NCBI GenBank assembly: GCA_046262595.1
Contig: JBHEMM010000015.1
Location: 22,271-44,031 of the forward strand
Origin: Vulcanimicrobiaceae bacterium
Lineage (GTDB): Bacteria > Vulcanimicrobiota > Vulcanimicrobiia > Vulcanimicrobiales > Vulcanimicrobiaceae
Length of the DNA stretch: 21,761 nucleotides
Direction: 5' to 3'
Numbering within the stretch: the stretch's first letter is position 1; the number at the start of each line of letters is the position of its first letter. Below the pieces are notes generated by a model, which worked only from the letters and a program-made list of their open reading frames with translations, was not told the DNA's origin and made no database searches. This document shows positions 1-8,768 of this stretch, in pieces. A program made the translations under genes and the position numbers.

Positions 1-962
1 CCCACGAGCAGCAATCCGTCGCCGTACAGGCGCGGCATGGCGAAGTAGCCGCCTTCCGGTATCGCTTTGGCGCCGTAGCGGATCAGCTTCGCGTCTTTCA
101 GTAACGCGCGCACCGCCGGGTGCGTCTTGAACAGCTGAAACGTGTTGTGCGGATCGGTCGTGGGATCTTGATAATCCAGGCCGGTGACGAAGCCGACGTC
201 GAGCACGTCGTTCGCCATGCCGTAGATGAACCCGCCGCCGAACGTGTCGTTCGGCAACGGAAATCCCAGTGTGTGAATGACGCTGCCGGGCTTCACGCTT
301 CCGGGCGGGCACTGCCACAGTTCTTTCACGCCGGCCGCGTACACTTGCGGATGGCGGCCTTCGTCTAAATTCAAATGGGGCACGGCTTGCTTTGTGAGCG
401 TTCCGCGCGGGCCTTCGCCGAGCACGACGACTTTGGCAAAGATATCTGCTCCGGGTTCGTAGTTCGGTTTCTTCTTGCCGTGCTTGTCCACGCCCTTATC
501 GCCCGTGCGCACACCGATGACGCGATCGGCGTCCCAGAGCAACTCCTGACCGGGAAATTCGCCGAACACTTGCGCGCCCGCATCTTCGGCTTTGGACCCC
601 AGCCATTTCGCGATCCGCTGCAGTGACGCGACGTACTTGCCGCTGTTGTTCATCATCGGCGGAACGATCGGCGCTTTGATCTTTGAGCCGCCCAGCAATA
701 CCCACAGTTGATCGCCCGTGACCGGCGATTCAACGGGCGCCTCGCTGCGCCAGTCCGGCAACAGCTCGTCCAGCGCCTTGGGATCCATCACCGCACCGGA
801 TAGGCCGTGATTGCCGATTTCGCCTGCCTTTTCGATCACCAGCACTTCGAGTTCTTTTCCGGCTTGTTTTGCAAGCTGCATCAGACGGATCGCGCCGGCC
901 AGGCTTGCCGGTCCCGCGCCCACGAAAAGGACGTCTACTTCGAGTGAATCGCGTTCAGCCAT
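1..962 (-). CDS. Electron transfer flavoprotein:quinone oxidoreductase (ETF-QO/FixC family), N-terminal part, runs off the left edge
   Basis: Not in the ORF track (no stop in window). Manual translation from ATG 962: MAERDSLEVDVLFVGAGPASLAGAIRL...VIEKAGEIGNHGLSGAVMDPKALDELLPDW...GVRTGDKGVDK...GEGPRGTL...GVKELW...HTLGFPL...GGGFIY...FKTHP...YGAKAIPEGGYFAMPRLYGDGLLLVG. These are ETF-QO signature segments. Confidence 0.93.
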   Translation of the reverse strand, partial: MAERDSLEVDVLFVGAGPASLAGAIRLMQLAKQAGKELEVLVIEKAGEIGNHGLSGAVMDPKALDELLPDWRSEAPVESPVTGDQLWVLLGGSKIKAPIVPPMMNNSGKYVASLQRIAKWLGSKAEDAGAQVFGEFPGQELLWDADRVIGVRTGDKGVDKHGKKKPNYEPGADIFAKVVVLGEGPRGTLTKQAVPHLNLDEGRHPQVYAAGVKELWQCPPGSVKPGSVIHTLGFPLPNDTFGGGFIYGMANDVLDVGFVTGLDYQDPTTDPHNTFQLFKTHPAVRALLKDAKLIRYGAKAIPEGGYFAMPRLYGDGLLLV

Positions 963-1680
963 GACGCAGCTGCTTCGAAGGCGCGCCGAGCGCGGCCTTT
1001 ACCGCAATCCGGTGAATGGCGATACGTTCCTCGAGCGGCAGGCGGCTGGGCGTTTCAAGCGTGACGGCGTGCGGTACGGCGCCCTTGAGCAGGCGCAGCG
1101 TGTACGACATTCCGCCCAGCGTTTGACGTTCCAACGCCGGGTCGGGGCGCAGCACCGCCTGCTGTTCCACGGGGAAGCCGGCCGCGCGCACCGCTGCAGC
1201 GGCGGCCTTGCCGGAAGCGCCGCTGCCGTATTCGTAGCAGTAGAAGCCGGCCATCGTATCGTCTTCGTGCAGATCGAGCGCCAGAACGAAGCGGCGGTTG
1301 CGGTTCGCGGTCAATATCGCGCGCGCTTCAGGAGAGCTGCCCGCGCCGGCGAACGTGCGGTTGACGTCCAAGCCGCCGGTGTTCTCGCGCAGACCCGCAT
1401 CGAACCCCGTCGGATTCGTGCACGGCCACAGGCGGTACGCGTACGCCGCATCGAGCTCGCCGTTCTGCGCGAGTTCCAGCAGCGCCCATGCGCTTGCGGG
1501 TTCGTCGCCGTGTACGGCGGCAGAGATCGTGACGGCGGGCAGTGTCTGCTCGCCCATTTCCGCGCAAAGCAATGTGCGCGGCGCACCATGACACGCGACT
1601 TCTCGAACCGCAACGTCGCCTCGTTGGCGCAGTGCTTTCCAGCTTCGTTCGAGCTCGTTGTACCCTTTGGTTTCCTGCAA
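955..1680 (-). CDS. M14-family zinc carboxypeptidase-like protein (succinylglutamate desuccinylase/aspartoacylase or MpaA-like)
   Basis: Motifs VHGDE (HxxE), NPTG, DVNRTF, LDLHED and TLETP. Start placed at TTG 1680 because the track start (1728) overlaps the divergent gene. The 3' end overlaps the ETF-QO start by 8 nt. Confidence 0.82.
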   Translation of the reverse strand: MQETKGYNELERSWKALRQRGDVAVREVACHGAPRTLLCAEMGEQTLPAVTISAAVHGDEPASAWALLELAQNGELDAAYAYRLWPCTNPTGFDAGLRENTGGLDVNRTFAGAGSSPEARAILTANRNRRFVLALDLHEDDTMAGFYCYEYGSGASGKAAAAAVRAAGFPVEQQAVLRPDPALERQTLGGMSYTLRLLKGAVPHAVTLETPSRLPLEERIAIHRIAVKAALGAPSKQLRHG

Positions 1681-1716
1681 AAGGGGGCCGCGGTCTTTCC
1701 GGCACAAGTACGCGCC

Positions 1717-2346
1717 ATGAGAGTGCAAATTGGTGTGATGGGTGCCGCGGGCGGCATCATCACCGATGCGGAGCTCGACCTAGCGCGAAGGCTCGGACGG
1801 CGCATCGCACAGCGCAACTGTACGATTGTCACCGGCGCGTGTCCCGGCCTGCCGCACGCGGCGGTGCTCGGCGCGCACGAAGCGGACGGAGTAAGCATGG
1901 GCGTCTCGCCGGCGCTCTCGCCGGAGGAGCACGTGAACGTGTACGGCTCGCCGCTGCAGCCGTACACGACGATGGTGTTCACCGGCTCGGGTTTGATGGG
2001 CCGTGAAACGCACAACATTCATAGTTCGGACTTTGTGCTGTTCGCCGGCGGACGAAGCGGAACGCTGGGCGAGTTCTGCATTGCGTACGATGAAGGCAAG
2101 CTCATCGGCATCTTGCAGCATTCGGGCGGCATCTCCGATCGCTTGGAGCAGATCATCGCGATGGTGCGCAAAGAAACGGGCTCCACGATCGTCTCGGACG
2201 ACGATCCCGAACGCCTCGTCGACCGTTGCTTGGAAACGTATCGTACCAACGATCTTCCCAGCGCGAAAGTGTTCGACCGCACCGCTGTACCGCCCACGCC
2301 GCCCGGAAGGCCGCGCACGCGGATCGCGCAGGAGACGCGTGGCTGA
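1717..2346 (+). CDS. LOG/SLOG-family Rossmann-fold nucleotide-binding protein (TIGR00725-like)
   Basis: C-terminal part of track ORF 811..2346 from ATG 1717: IGVMGAAG, ARRLGRRIA, IVTGACPGLPHAA, FTGSGLMGRETHNIHSSD, GGRSGTLGE (the GGxGTLxE LOG motif). Confidence 0.85.
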   Translation: MRVQIGVMGAAGGIITDAELDLARRLGRRIAQRNCTIVTGACPGLPHAAVLGAHEADGVSMGVSPALSPEEHVNVYGSPLQPYTTMVFTGSGLMGRETHNIHSSDFVLFAGGRSGTLGEFCIAYDEGKLIGILQHSGGISDRLEQIIAMVRKETGSTIVSDDDPERLVDRCLETYRTNDLPSAKVFDRTAVPPTPPGRPRTRIAQETRG

Positions 2347-3691
2347 TTTAACGTTCGTCGGCGCTGCGGGCACGGTGACCGGCAGCAAACATCTGGTCAC
2401 GCACAATGGCCGCCACGTGTTCGTGGATTGCGGGCTCTTTCAGGGGTTGAAAGACGTCGTAGCGCTCAACAACGTCGCGCTGCCGGTGCCGGCAAAAGAA
2501 ATCGATGCGGTCATTATCACGCACGGGCACATCGATCACGTCGGGTACTTGCCCAAGCTTGCGCACGATGGATTCCGCGGCGCGATCTTTGCGACACCGG
2601 CGACCCGCGCGCTGATGACCATCGTGCTCGAAGACGCGGCGGGGCTGCAGGCACACCTCAAAGCGCGCGGCATGCACAACGAACACTACGCGCCGCCGCC
2701 GTTCTACGGCGAGGCCGACGTGCAGCAAACGCTCCAACTCACGAAGTCCGTTCCGCTCGGGCAGACGTTTACGGTTTGCGGCATGAATGCAACGTACCAA
2801 AACGCCGCGCACATTATCGGCTCGGCGTTCGTGCAGCTCGACATCGACAGCCGCCGCACGATTTTTTCGGGCGACCTGGGACGTTATAACCGCGATTTGC
2901 TGTACGATCCTGCGCCGCTGGGCCCGGCGAATACGCTGGTCTGCGAGTCGACGTACGGCGATCGCGTGCATCCGCCCGATGCACTTGGCGATTTGGAGAA
3001 AACGCTCTGCGAGGGCGCCGCGCGCGGGGGCGCCATCGTCATCCCGGCGTTCGCCGTCGAGCGGGCGCAGGAGTTGCTGTTTTCGATCGGTGCACTGCAG
3101 CGGCGCAACGCCGTTCTTGCGAACGTGCCCGTATTCTTGGACAGCCCGATGGCGGCGAAGGTCGACGATTTGTTCGAACGCTTTCCGGACGCGCACAAGC
3201 CCATTTCGTTCGACCGCGACGGCATGCCGTTCGGATGCGCCAATCTGACGATTGCGATAGAAACCGAAGCGTCCAAAGCGATAAACGGCGTGGACGGGCC
3301 GCACATCATCGTTTCGGCAAGCGGCATGGCTGCGGGCGGACGCGTGCTGCACCATCTCTACAACCACGTCTCCGATCCGAAGGCGACGATTCTCTTCGTC
3401 GGATATCAAAGTGCGGGCACGCTGGGTTTCTTCCTCGCGCACGGCGCCCGAACGATCCGCATCTTCGGCGACACGCTTCCCGTGCATGCGATTGTCGGGC
3501 AGATCGCCGGATACAGCGCTCACGCCGACCGCAATGAAATTCAACGCTGGTTCGACACGTGCACAAGCAAGCCGCAATTGTATGCGGTCCACGGCGAGCC
3601 GGCAGCGGCGCAAGCGCTATGCGATGCGACCGCAGAGAAATATGCGTGGAGCGCGTCGCCCGCGCAGCGCGGCGCCACAGTCAAGATTTAA
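2339..3691 (+). CDS. Metallo-beta-lactamase fold beta-CASP RNA-processing nuclease (YSH1/TTHA0252-like)
   Basis: GTG 2339 with GGAGA upstream. Motifs GAAGTVTGSKHL, VDCGLFQG, THGHIDHVG (HxHxDH), AAHIIGS, FSGDLG, ESTYGDR, IPAFAVERAQE, SASGMAAGGR, YSAHAD, VHGE. Confidence 0.92.
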   Translation: MADLTFVGAAGTVTGSKHLVTHNGRHVFVDCGLFQGLKDVVALNNVALPVPAKEIDAVIITHGHIDHVGYLPKLAHDGFRGAIFATPATRALMTIVLEDAAGLQAHLKARGMHNEHYAPPPFYGEADVQQTLQLTKSVPLGQTFTVCGMNATYQNAAHIIGSAFVQLDIDSRRTIFSGDLGRYNRDLLYDPAPLGPANTLVCESTYGDRVHPPDALGDLEKTLCEGAARGGAIVIPAFAVERAQELLFSIGALQRRNAVLANVPVFLDSPMAAKVDDLFERFPDAHKPISFDRDGMPFGCANLTIAIETEASKAINGVDGPHIIVSASGMAAGGRVLHHLYNHVSDPKATILFVGYQSAGTLGFFLAHGARTIRIFGDTLPVHAIVGQIAGYSAHADRNEIQRWFDTCTSKPQLYAVHGEPAAAQALCDATAEKYAWSASPAQRGATVKI

Positions 3692-3709
3692 CGGCGCGTC
3701 ATTGGCGCT

Positions 3710-4951
3710 CTAGTCGTGCGTCCAGTCGAGCATGCCTTTCCATTCGGGCTTAGGATAGCGCTGCTTGGATTTAATCGTTTCGACGTACTTGCGCTTGCCG
3801 CTGCGGTTGCCTTTGCCCATGAAGCATCCGCCGACGAGCCGGTTTTCCCAAAAGTAGAGCGCGCGGTACCACTTCTTCTCGGCGTCGACGGAAAAGACGG
3901 TTTCAATATCACCGCGGTACTCCGGCGAAAGGCCGAACTGTGTAATGGTCTGGCCCTTGAAAAGCAAACTGGAGTATTCGGGAACGTCGTCGTATAGCGT
4001 CTCGCCGCCCATCATGTTCTGCGCCGCGACCTTTCCGTGCGCGCCCGCATTGTTCCAGGTGCCCATCCGATAGCGCATCTCCAAGATGGGATCGTAAAAA
4101 TCGGCGATGTCTCCGGCGGCGTAGATGCCTTTGACGTTCGTTTCCAAACGCGCATCGCACAAAATGCCGTTCTTGCTCACCTCGACCGGCGTATCCGCGA
4201 GAACGTCCGTGTTCATGGTTAGTCCCAGGCCAACGCCGTAGCATTGCGCTTCGATCTCGGTGCCGCTTTTTAAACGAACTTTGGTTGCGACGCCGTTGCT
4301 GCGCACGAACCCCTCGATTTCATCGCCGTAGTGCATGTGGACGCCGTCGTTCTTCGCCGCCTGGTCGATGAGACCGCCGGCGATCTCGTCGAGCATCCGG
4401 TGCAGCACACGCGGCCCCCGCATGATCCAATGCGTCTCCGCCTTGCGCGAGATAAAGGCCTCGGCGAGTTCGTACGCGATGAACGATCCGCCGATTGCCA
4501 CAGCCGTTTTTGCCGTTTCCAGCTCGCGAGAGATCGCAAGCGTGTCGGTCATGTACTGAAAGTTATAGACGTTGTGCGCGTCCGCTCCCCCCGACGGATG
4601 CGGGTTGGGCCGTCCGCCCGTTGCGATCAGCAGCGCATCGTACGGATACGAAACGCCGCCCGCAACGACGCAGCGTCCGCCGGCGTCGACCGAATCGACG
4701 CGCGTCTCGAGGTGCAGATCGATGTTCAACTTCTCGTGCCAAGCCAGATCGCGCATGATCACTTTTTGCTCGGTGACCTGCTTGCGCAGCAGCGGCGGCA
4801 GCGCGATGCGGTTGTAGAGCGTGTAGGCTTCATCGGTGAACAGCGCAATGCTGCACGAAGGATCGTGCTTGCGCAGTTGTTCGGCCGCCGTCGTCCCGGC
4901 AAAGCCGTTCCCGACGATGACATACCGCCGTGAATCTCCGGCTTCGTTCAC
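3710..4951 (-). CDS. NAD(P)/FAD-dependent pyridine nucleotide-disulfide oxidoreductase family protein (ferredoxin/rubredoxin reductase-like)
   Basis: Motifs YVIVGNGFAG, YNRIAL, YDALLIATGG, IGGSFIAYE, IYAAGDIA, W..A...GKVAA.NM. Start is uncertain (GTG 4951 versus ATG 5035). Confidence 0.85.
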   Translation of the reverse strand: MNEAGDSRRYVIVGNGFAGTTAAEQLRKHDPSCSIALFTDEAYTLYNRIALPPLLRKQVTEQKVIMRDLAWHEKLNIDLHLETRVDSVDAGGRCVVAGGVSYPYDALLIATGGRPNPHPSGGADAHNVYNFQYMTDTLAISRELETAKTAVAIGGSFIAYELAEAFISRKAETHWIMRGPRVLHRMLDEIAGGLIDQAAKNDGVHMHYGDEIEGFVRSNGVATKVRLKSGTEIEAQCYGVGLGLTMNTDVLADTPVEVSKNGILCDARLETNVKGIYAAGDIADFYDPILEMRYRMGTWNNAGAHGKVAAQNMMGGETLYDDVPEYSSLLFKGQTITQFGLSPEYRGDIETVFSVDAEKKWYRALYFWENRLVGGCFMGKGNRSGKRKYVETIKSKQRYPKPEWKGMLDWTHD

Positions 4952-5033
4952 CCAGGCCCGCGTTCGGCGCAGCGGGAACGCGGCCCTCGCGCGCGGCCGT
5001 CGGCGAAACACTGGAGCGGGTACGGCGGTAAGC

Positions 5034-5252
5034 ATGACGGCAATACCTCACCGTGACGGAGACCGGATGAACGACGACCTTTTGAATGCGGCTAGAGAAC
5101 AGATGAACGAAGCGCTCAAGAAAACGCAGACGCAGTCGCAAGAGGCGGCCGCGCAGCTCGGCGGCTTGCTCCGCTTCGGCGCAAAAAAGCTCACGCAGGC
5201 CGCTGCGGCGGCAAGCCAAGCCATTCGCGAAGACATCGATAAGCGGCCCTAA
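5034..5252 (+). CDS. Small Ala/Gln-rich helical hypothetical protein (alternative start ATG 5067)
   Basis: MTAIPHRDGDRMNDDLLNAAREQMNEALKKTQTQSQEAAAQLGGLLRFGAKKLTQAAAAASQAIREDIDKRP. Amphipathic composition; GGAGA precedes ATG 5067 and GGGTAC precedes ATG 5034. Confidence 0.65.
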   Translation: MTAIPHRDGDRMNDDLLNAAREQMNEALKKTQTQSQEAAAQLGGLLRFGAKKLTQAAAAASQAIREDIDKRP

Positions 5253-5501
5253 CGCGGCGAGCCGGTGGTGCCGGTCTCTCCCCTGTGATTCTCAGTAGAG
5301 GCCTGCAGCAAATCGCAGTTGCGCAATTCCTTGACGCAGAGCAGCTTCTGCACGCGTCAGCTGCTGCTATGCCGGCCGATTGTTTATTCAGCCTCAGAGA
5401 GATCTGCGCTTGCTGAAGGAGCGTTTGCGCCTGCAGCGACAGGTGCGGCGTATAGCCGTTGTGCGCAGGCTGCCGCCGCCAAGCGTGGAAAGCGCGCCGC
5501 A

Positions 5502-6641
5502 ATGATCGACGAACTCCTCCGGCACCGGCGCCACTTCCACCAATTTCCCGAACTTTCGCTGCAAGAGTTCGAAACGGCGGCGTACATCGAACGCGAACTG
5601 GGCGCGCTGAATTTGGATGGCATCCGCACGAAAGTCGGAAAAACCGGCGTGCTGGCCACGCTGCGCGGCGGCAAACCGGGCCCCGTCACGCTGCTGCGTG
5701 CGGACATCGATGCGCTGCCGGTCACGGAGATCGCGCAGACGCCCTACCGTTCCACGAAGCCCGGCGTGATGCACGCATGCGGACACGACGCGCACATCAG
5801 CATCCTGCTGTGCGCCGCCAAGGAGCTGGCACGGCGGCGCGCCGAGGTGCCCGGTACGCTCGTTTTCTGTTTCCAGCCCGGCGAAGAGGGCTACGCCGGA
5901 AACAAGCTGATGATCGAAGACGGAGCGCTGGAAGATCCGCACGTCGACCGGTGTTTTGCGCTGCACGTCTTCAGCGGCCTGGACGCGGGAAAGATTGGCG
6001 TGCGGGACGGCGCATTTTTTGCAAGTTCCGACGAGTTTCATCTGAATATCACCGGCAAAGGCGGCCACGGCGCGATGCCGGAACGAACGATCGACCCGAT
6101 CGTTGCGGGCGCACATTTTATCACCATGCTGCAAACGATCGTCAGCCGCGAGATTGCGCCGAAAGATCCCGCCGTTTTCACGATCGGCAAATTCGACTCC
6201 GGTTCGACGTTCAACGTCATTCCCAACGACGCGCGCATGGAAGGCACCGTGCGCAGCTTCGATAAGGACGTGCGGGCGTCGATGCCGCAGCGCATGGAGC
6301 GTATTTTGCGCGGGCTTTCGGAGGCGATGCGCGTAGAGTACGACTTGAAGTACCGTTTCGGCTATCCGCCGACGGTCAACGATCCGGCGATGAACGCCAT
6401 TGTACGCGCGGTCGGCGAACGCGAACTTGGCGCGCAGAACGTTGTTTACCCGCACGACATCGTTATGTGGGCCGAAGACATGTCCTACATGCTCGAACAG
6501 CGCCCCGGCGCGTATTTTATCGTCGGTGCGCGCGGCCCCGAGCTCGGCGTTTTTCCGCAACACAGCGCAAGCTACGACATCGACGAGCGCGCGCTGGAAG
6601 TCGGCTTTGCGATGATGGTTGGGCTGGGACTGGCTCCTTAA
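5502..6641 (+). CDS. M20D family amidohydrolase
   Basis: Motifs RRHFHQFPELSLQE, LRADIDALP, MHACGHDAH, FQPGEEG, GKGGHGAMP, FNVIP, GTVRSF, AEDMS, QHS..YDIDE. ATG at 5502. Confidence 0.93.
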   Translation: MIDELLRHRRHFHQFPELSLQEFETAAYIERELGALNLDGIRTKVGKTGVLATLRGGKPGPVTLLRADIDALPVTEIAQTPYRSTKPGVMHACGHDAHISILLCAAKELARRRAEVPGTLVFCFQPGEEGYAGNKLMIEDGALEDPHVDRCFALHVFSGLDAGKIGVRDGAFFASSDEFHLNITGKGGHGAMPERTIDPIVAGAHFITMLQTIVSREIAPKDPAVFTIGKFDSGSTFNVIPNDARMEGTVRSFDKDVRASMPQRMERILRGLSEAMRVEYDLKYRFGYPPTVNDPAMNAIVRAVGERELGAQNVVYPHDIVMWAEDMSYMLEQRPGAYFIVGARGPELGVFPQHSASYDIDERALEVGFAMMVGLGLAP

Positions 6642-6680
6642 CAAGGATTTCGGCCTGAGTGCGCCTGACTACGCGGGGCT

Positions 6681-7709
6681 GTGCCCTCCAAAACCACGTC
6701 CGCCCAAGATCAGTTCGAGCGCTTCGGCTTAACCGACGAACAGCTCGTCGCCATTTGGCGCACGATGCTCACGCACCGGCGCTTGGAGACGCGCGGCTTC
6801 GAACTGAACCGGCAGGGGAAGATTCCGTTCGCTTCGGCCGGCGAAGGTCACGAGGCCGTGCAGGCGGGCGCCGCCATGGCCTTCGAGCGCGGCAAGGACA
6901 TCCTCGTTCCTTACTATCGCGATCTAGGCCTGGAGCTGGGCATCGGGTTGACACCGTATGAAGTGCTGCTTTCCCTCTTTGCGCGGGCCGCGGACCACAG
7001 CGGCGGACGCCAATTTCCGCACCACTACGCGAGCCGGCGGCTCGGCTTGTACACCATCAGCTCGATCATCTCGGCGCAGACCTCACACGCGGTGGGCGCC
7101 GCCTATGCCCTCAAACTGCGCGGCGAACACAATCGCGTCGTACTCACGACCTTCGGCGACGGAGCGACCAGCGAGGGCGAATGGCACGAAGCGCTCAACT
7201 TCGCGGCGGTCCACCGGTTAGGCGTCGTCTTTCTGTGCGAGAACAACGAGTGGGCCATCTCGACGCCGCTTTCCGCTCAGATGGGCCAGCCGGACCTCTA
7301 TAAGCGCGCAGCCGGCTACGGGATGCGCGGCGCCGTCGTAGACGGCTTTGACCCGGTCGCCTGCTACGGCGCCGTCAAGGCGGCCATGGACGGGGCGCGC
7401 TCGGGCGGCGGCCCGACGCTGGTGGAGGCGAAGTGCTATCGCTTCCTTGCGCATACGACCGACGACGACGACCGCACGTACCGCACGCGCGAAGAAGTGG
7501 CGTCCCGGCGCAAGGACGATCCGGTTCCGAACTTTGAGCGCTTGCTGCTCGAACGCGGCATTCTAACTGAAGAGCAGGCAGCCGCGTTGAAGTCTTCAGT
7601 CTTGGCCGAGGCGAACGAAGCGACCGACGAAGCCGAATCCATGCCTTATCCGGCGCCGCAGGATCTGTACGCGAACGTGTACGGTGAAGGCTGGGAACCG
7701 TGGAAATGA
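6681..7709 (+). CDS. TPP-dependent 2-oxoacid dehydrogenase E1 alpha subunit, copy 1 (branched-chain BkdA1-like)
   Basis: TPP motif GDGATSEGEWHE...ENN, plus PYYRD, GGRQFP and YRFLAHTTDDDDRTYR. Resembles B. subtilis BkdAA (RxGKIPF, HSSDDDD). Confidence 0.93.
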   Translation: MPSKTTSAQDQFERFGLTDEQLVAIWRTMLTHRRLETRGFELNRQGKIPFASAGEGHEAVQAGAAMAFERGKDILVPYYRDLGLELGIGLTPYEVLLSLFARAADHSGGRQFPHHYASRRLGLYTISSIISAQTSHAVGAAYALKLRGEHNRVVLTTFGDGATSEGEWHEALNFAAVHRLGVVFLCENNEWAISTPLSAQMGQPDLYKRAAGYGMRGAVVDGFDPVACYGAVKAAMDGARSGGGPTLVEAKCYRFLAHTTDDDDRTYRTREEVASRRKDDPVPNFERLLLERGILTEEQAAALKSSVLAEANEATDEAESMPYPAPQDLYANVYGEGWEPWK

Positions 7710-7739
7710 ATTGCACGAACCTCAGGATGACAAAGCAGA

Positions 7740-8768
7740 ATGGCTAAAAGCGATACGCAAGTTCGCAAAACCCTCGAGCGCCATGGACTCTCCGACGAGC
7801 AGCTGAAGGGGATCTTCCGCAACATGCTGCAGCAGCGGCAGCTCGACAACCGCGGCTTTCAGCTCAACCGGCAAGGCAAAGTGCCGTTCGCGCTGGGCAG
7901 CGAAGGGCACGAAGCGCTCCAGGCGGGAGCCGCGATGGCGTTCGAGCGCGGCAAAGACGTTCTCGCGCCCTATTACCGCGATTTGGGGCTCGCGATCGGC
8001 ATCGGCCTCACGCCATACGAAATTATGCTTTCAATTTTTGCGCGTGCCGAAGATCATAACGGCGGCCGTCAATTCCCCAATCACTACTCCTCGAAAAAAG
8101 CCGGCCTGATGTCGTTCAGCTCGATTCTTGCGGCGCATATTCCGCATGCGGTCGGGGCCGCATACGCGATGAAGCTGCGCAACCAACGCGGACGCGCCGT
8201 GCTGGTAACGTGCGGCGACGGCACGACGAGTGAAGGCGAGTGGCACGAGTCGATGAACTTCGCGGCAGTTCACAAACTGCCGCTGGTGATGCTGGTAGAA
8301 AACAATCAATGGGCGATATCCACGCCGCTCGATCAGCAGATGGGTCAGCCGAATATCTACAAACGCGCCGAGGGCTACGGCATGCCGGGCGAACAATTCG
8401 ACGGATTCGATCCCATCGTGACGTATGACGCGGTCAAGCGCGCAATGGACCGCGCGCGCGAGGGCGGCGGCCCAACGCTGGTCGAAGGCGTGTGTTACCG
8501 CTTCCTCGCGCACTCGACGGACGACAACGACATGACGTACCGCACCAAAGACGAAGTCGTCGAACACCGCAAGTCGGATCCCGTTCCACGCTTTGAGAGC
8601 GTGCTTTTGGAGGCGGGCGTCATGACGGCGGCGGACGTGGAGGCGATGCGCAAAGACGTCCTGCGCGAGACGAACGAAGCGACGGACAAAGCCGAAGCCA
8701 TGCCGTTCCCGCAAGCCTCCGATCTCTACAAACATCTCTACGAAGGGGCTTGGGAACCGTGGCAGTAG
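7740..8768 (+). CDS. TPP-dependent 2-oxoacid dehydrogenase E1 alpha subunit, copy 2
   Basis: Motifs GDGTTSEGEWHE...ENN, PYYRD and YRFLAHSTDDNDMTYR. Aligns without gaps to copy 1. Confidence 0.93.
   Translation: MAKSDTQVRKTLERHGLSDEQLKGIFRNMLQQRQLDNRGFQLNRQGKVPFALGSEGHEALQAGAAMAFERGKDVLAPYYRDLGLAIGIGLTPYEIMLSIFARAEDHNGGRQFPNHYSSKKAGLMSFSSILAAHIPHAVGAAYAMKLRNQRGRAVLVTCGDGTTSEGEWHESMNFAAVHKLPLVMLVENNQWAISTPLDQQMGQPNIYKRAEGYGMPGEQFDGFDPIVTYDAVKRAMDRAREGGGPTLVEGVCYRFLAHSTDDNDMTYRTKDEVVEHRKSDPVPRFESVLLEAGVMTAADVEAMRKDVLRETNEATDKAEAMPFPQASDLYKHLYEGAWEPWQ

Noticed and set aside
811..1716. 302-aa N-terminal extension of track ORF 811..2346
   Set aside because: It is the antisense shadow of the M14 and ETF-QO genes; LOG similarity begins at ATG 1717.
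3710..4951. Oxidoreductase as the missing E3 of the dehydrogenase complex
   Set aside because: It lacks the CxxxxC redox disulfide motif of dihydrolipoamide dehydrogenase.
5253..5460. tmRNA (minus-strand ANAPSASADLSEAE*) or glycine riboswitch (GAGAGA...GCTGAAGGAGC)
   Set aside because: There are no tRNA-like ends or ALAA-type tag terminus, and the downstream CTCTCAGG element of the glycine aptamer is missing.
6681..8768. E1-alpha tandem as an assembly artefact
   Set aside because: The copies differ at about a third of residues along their whole length, which indicates an old duplication.
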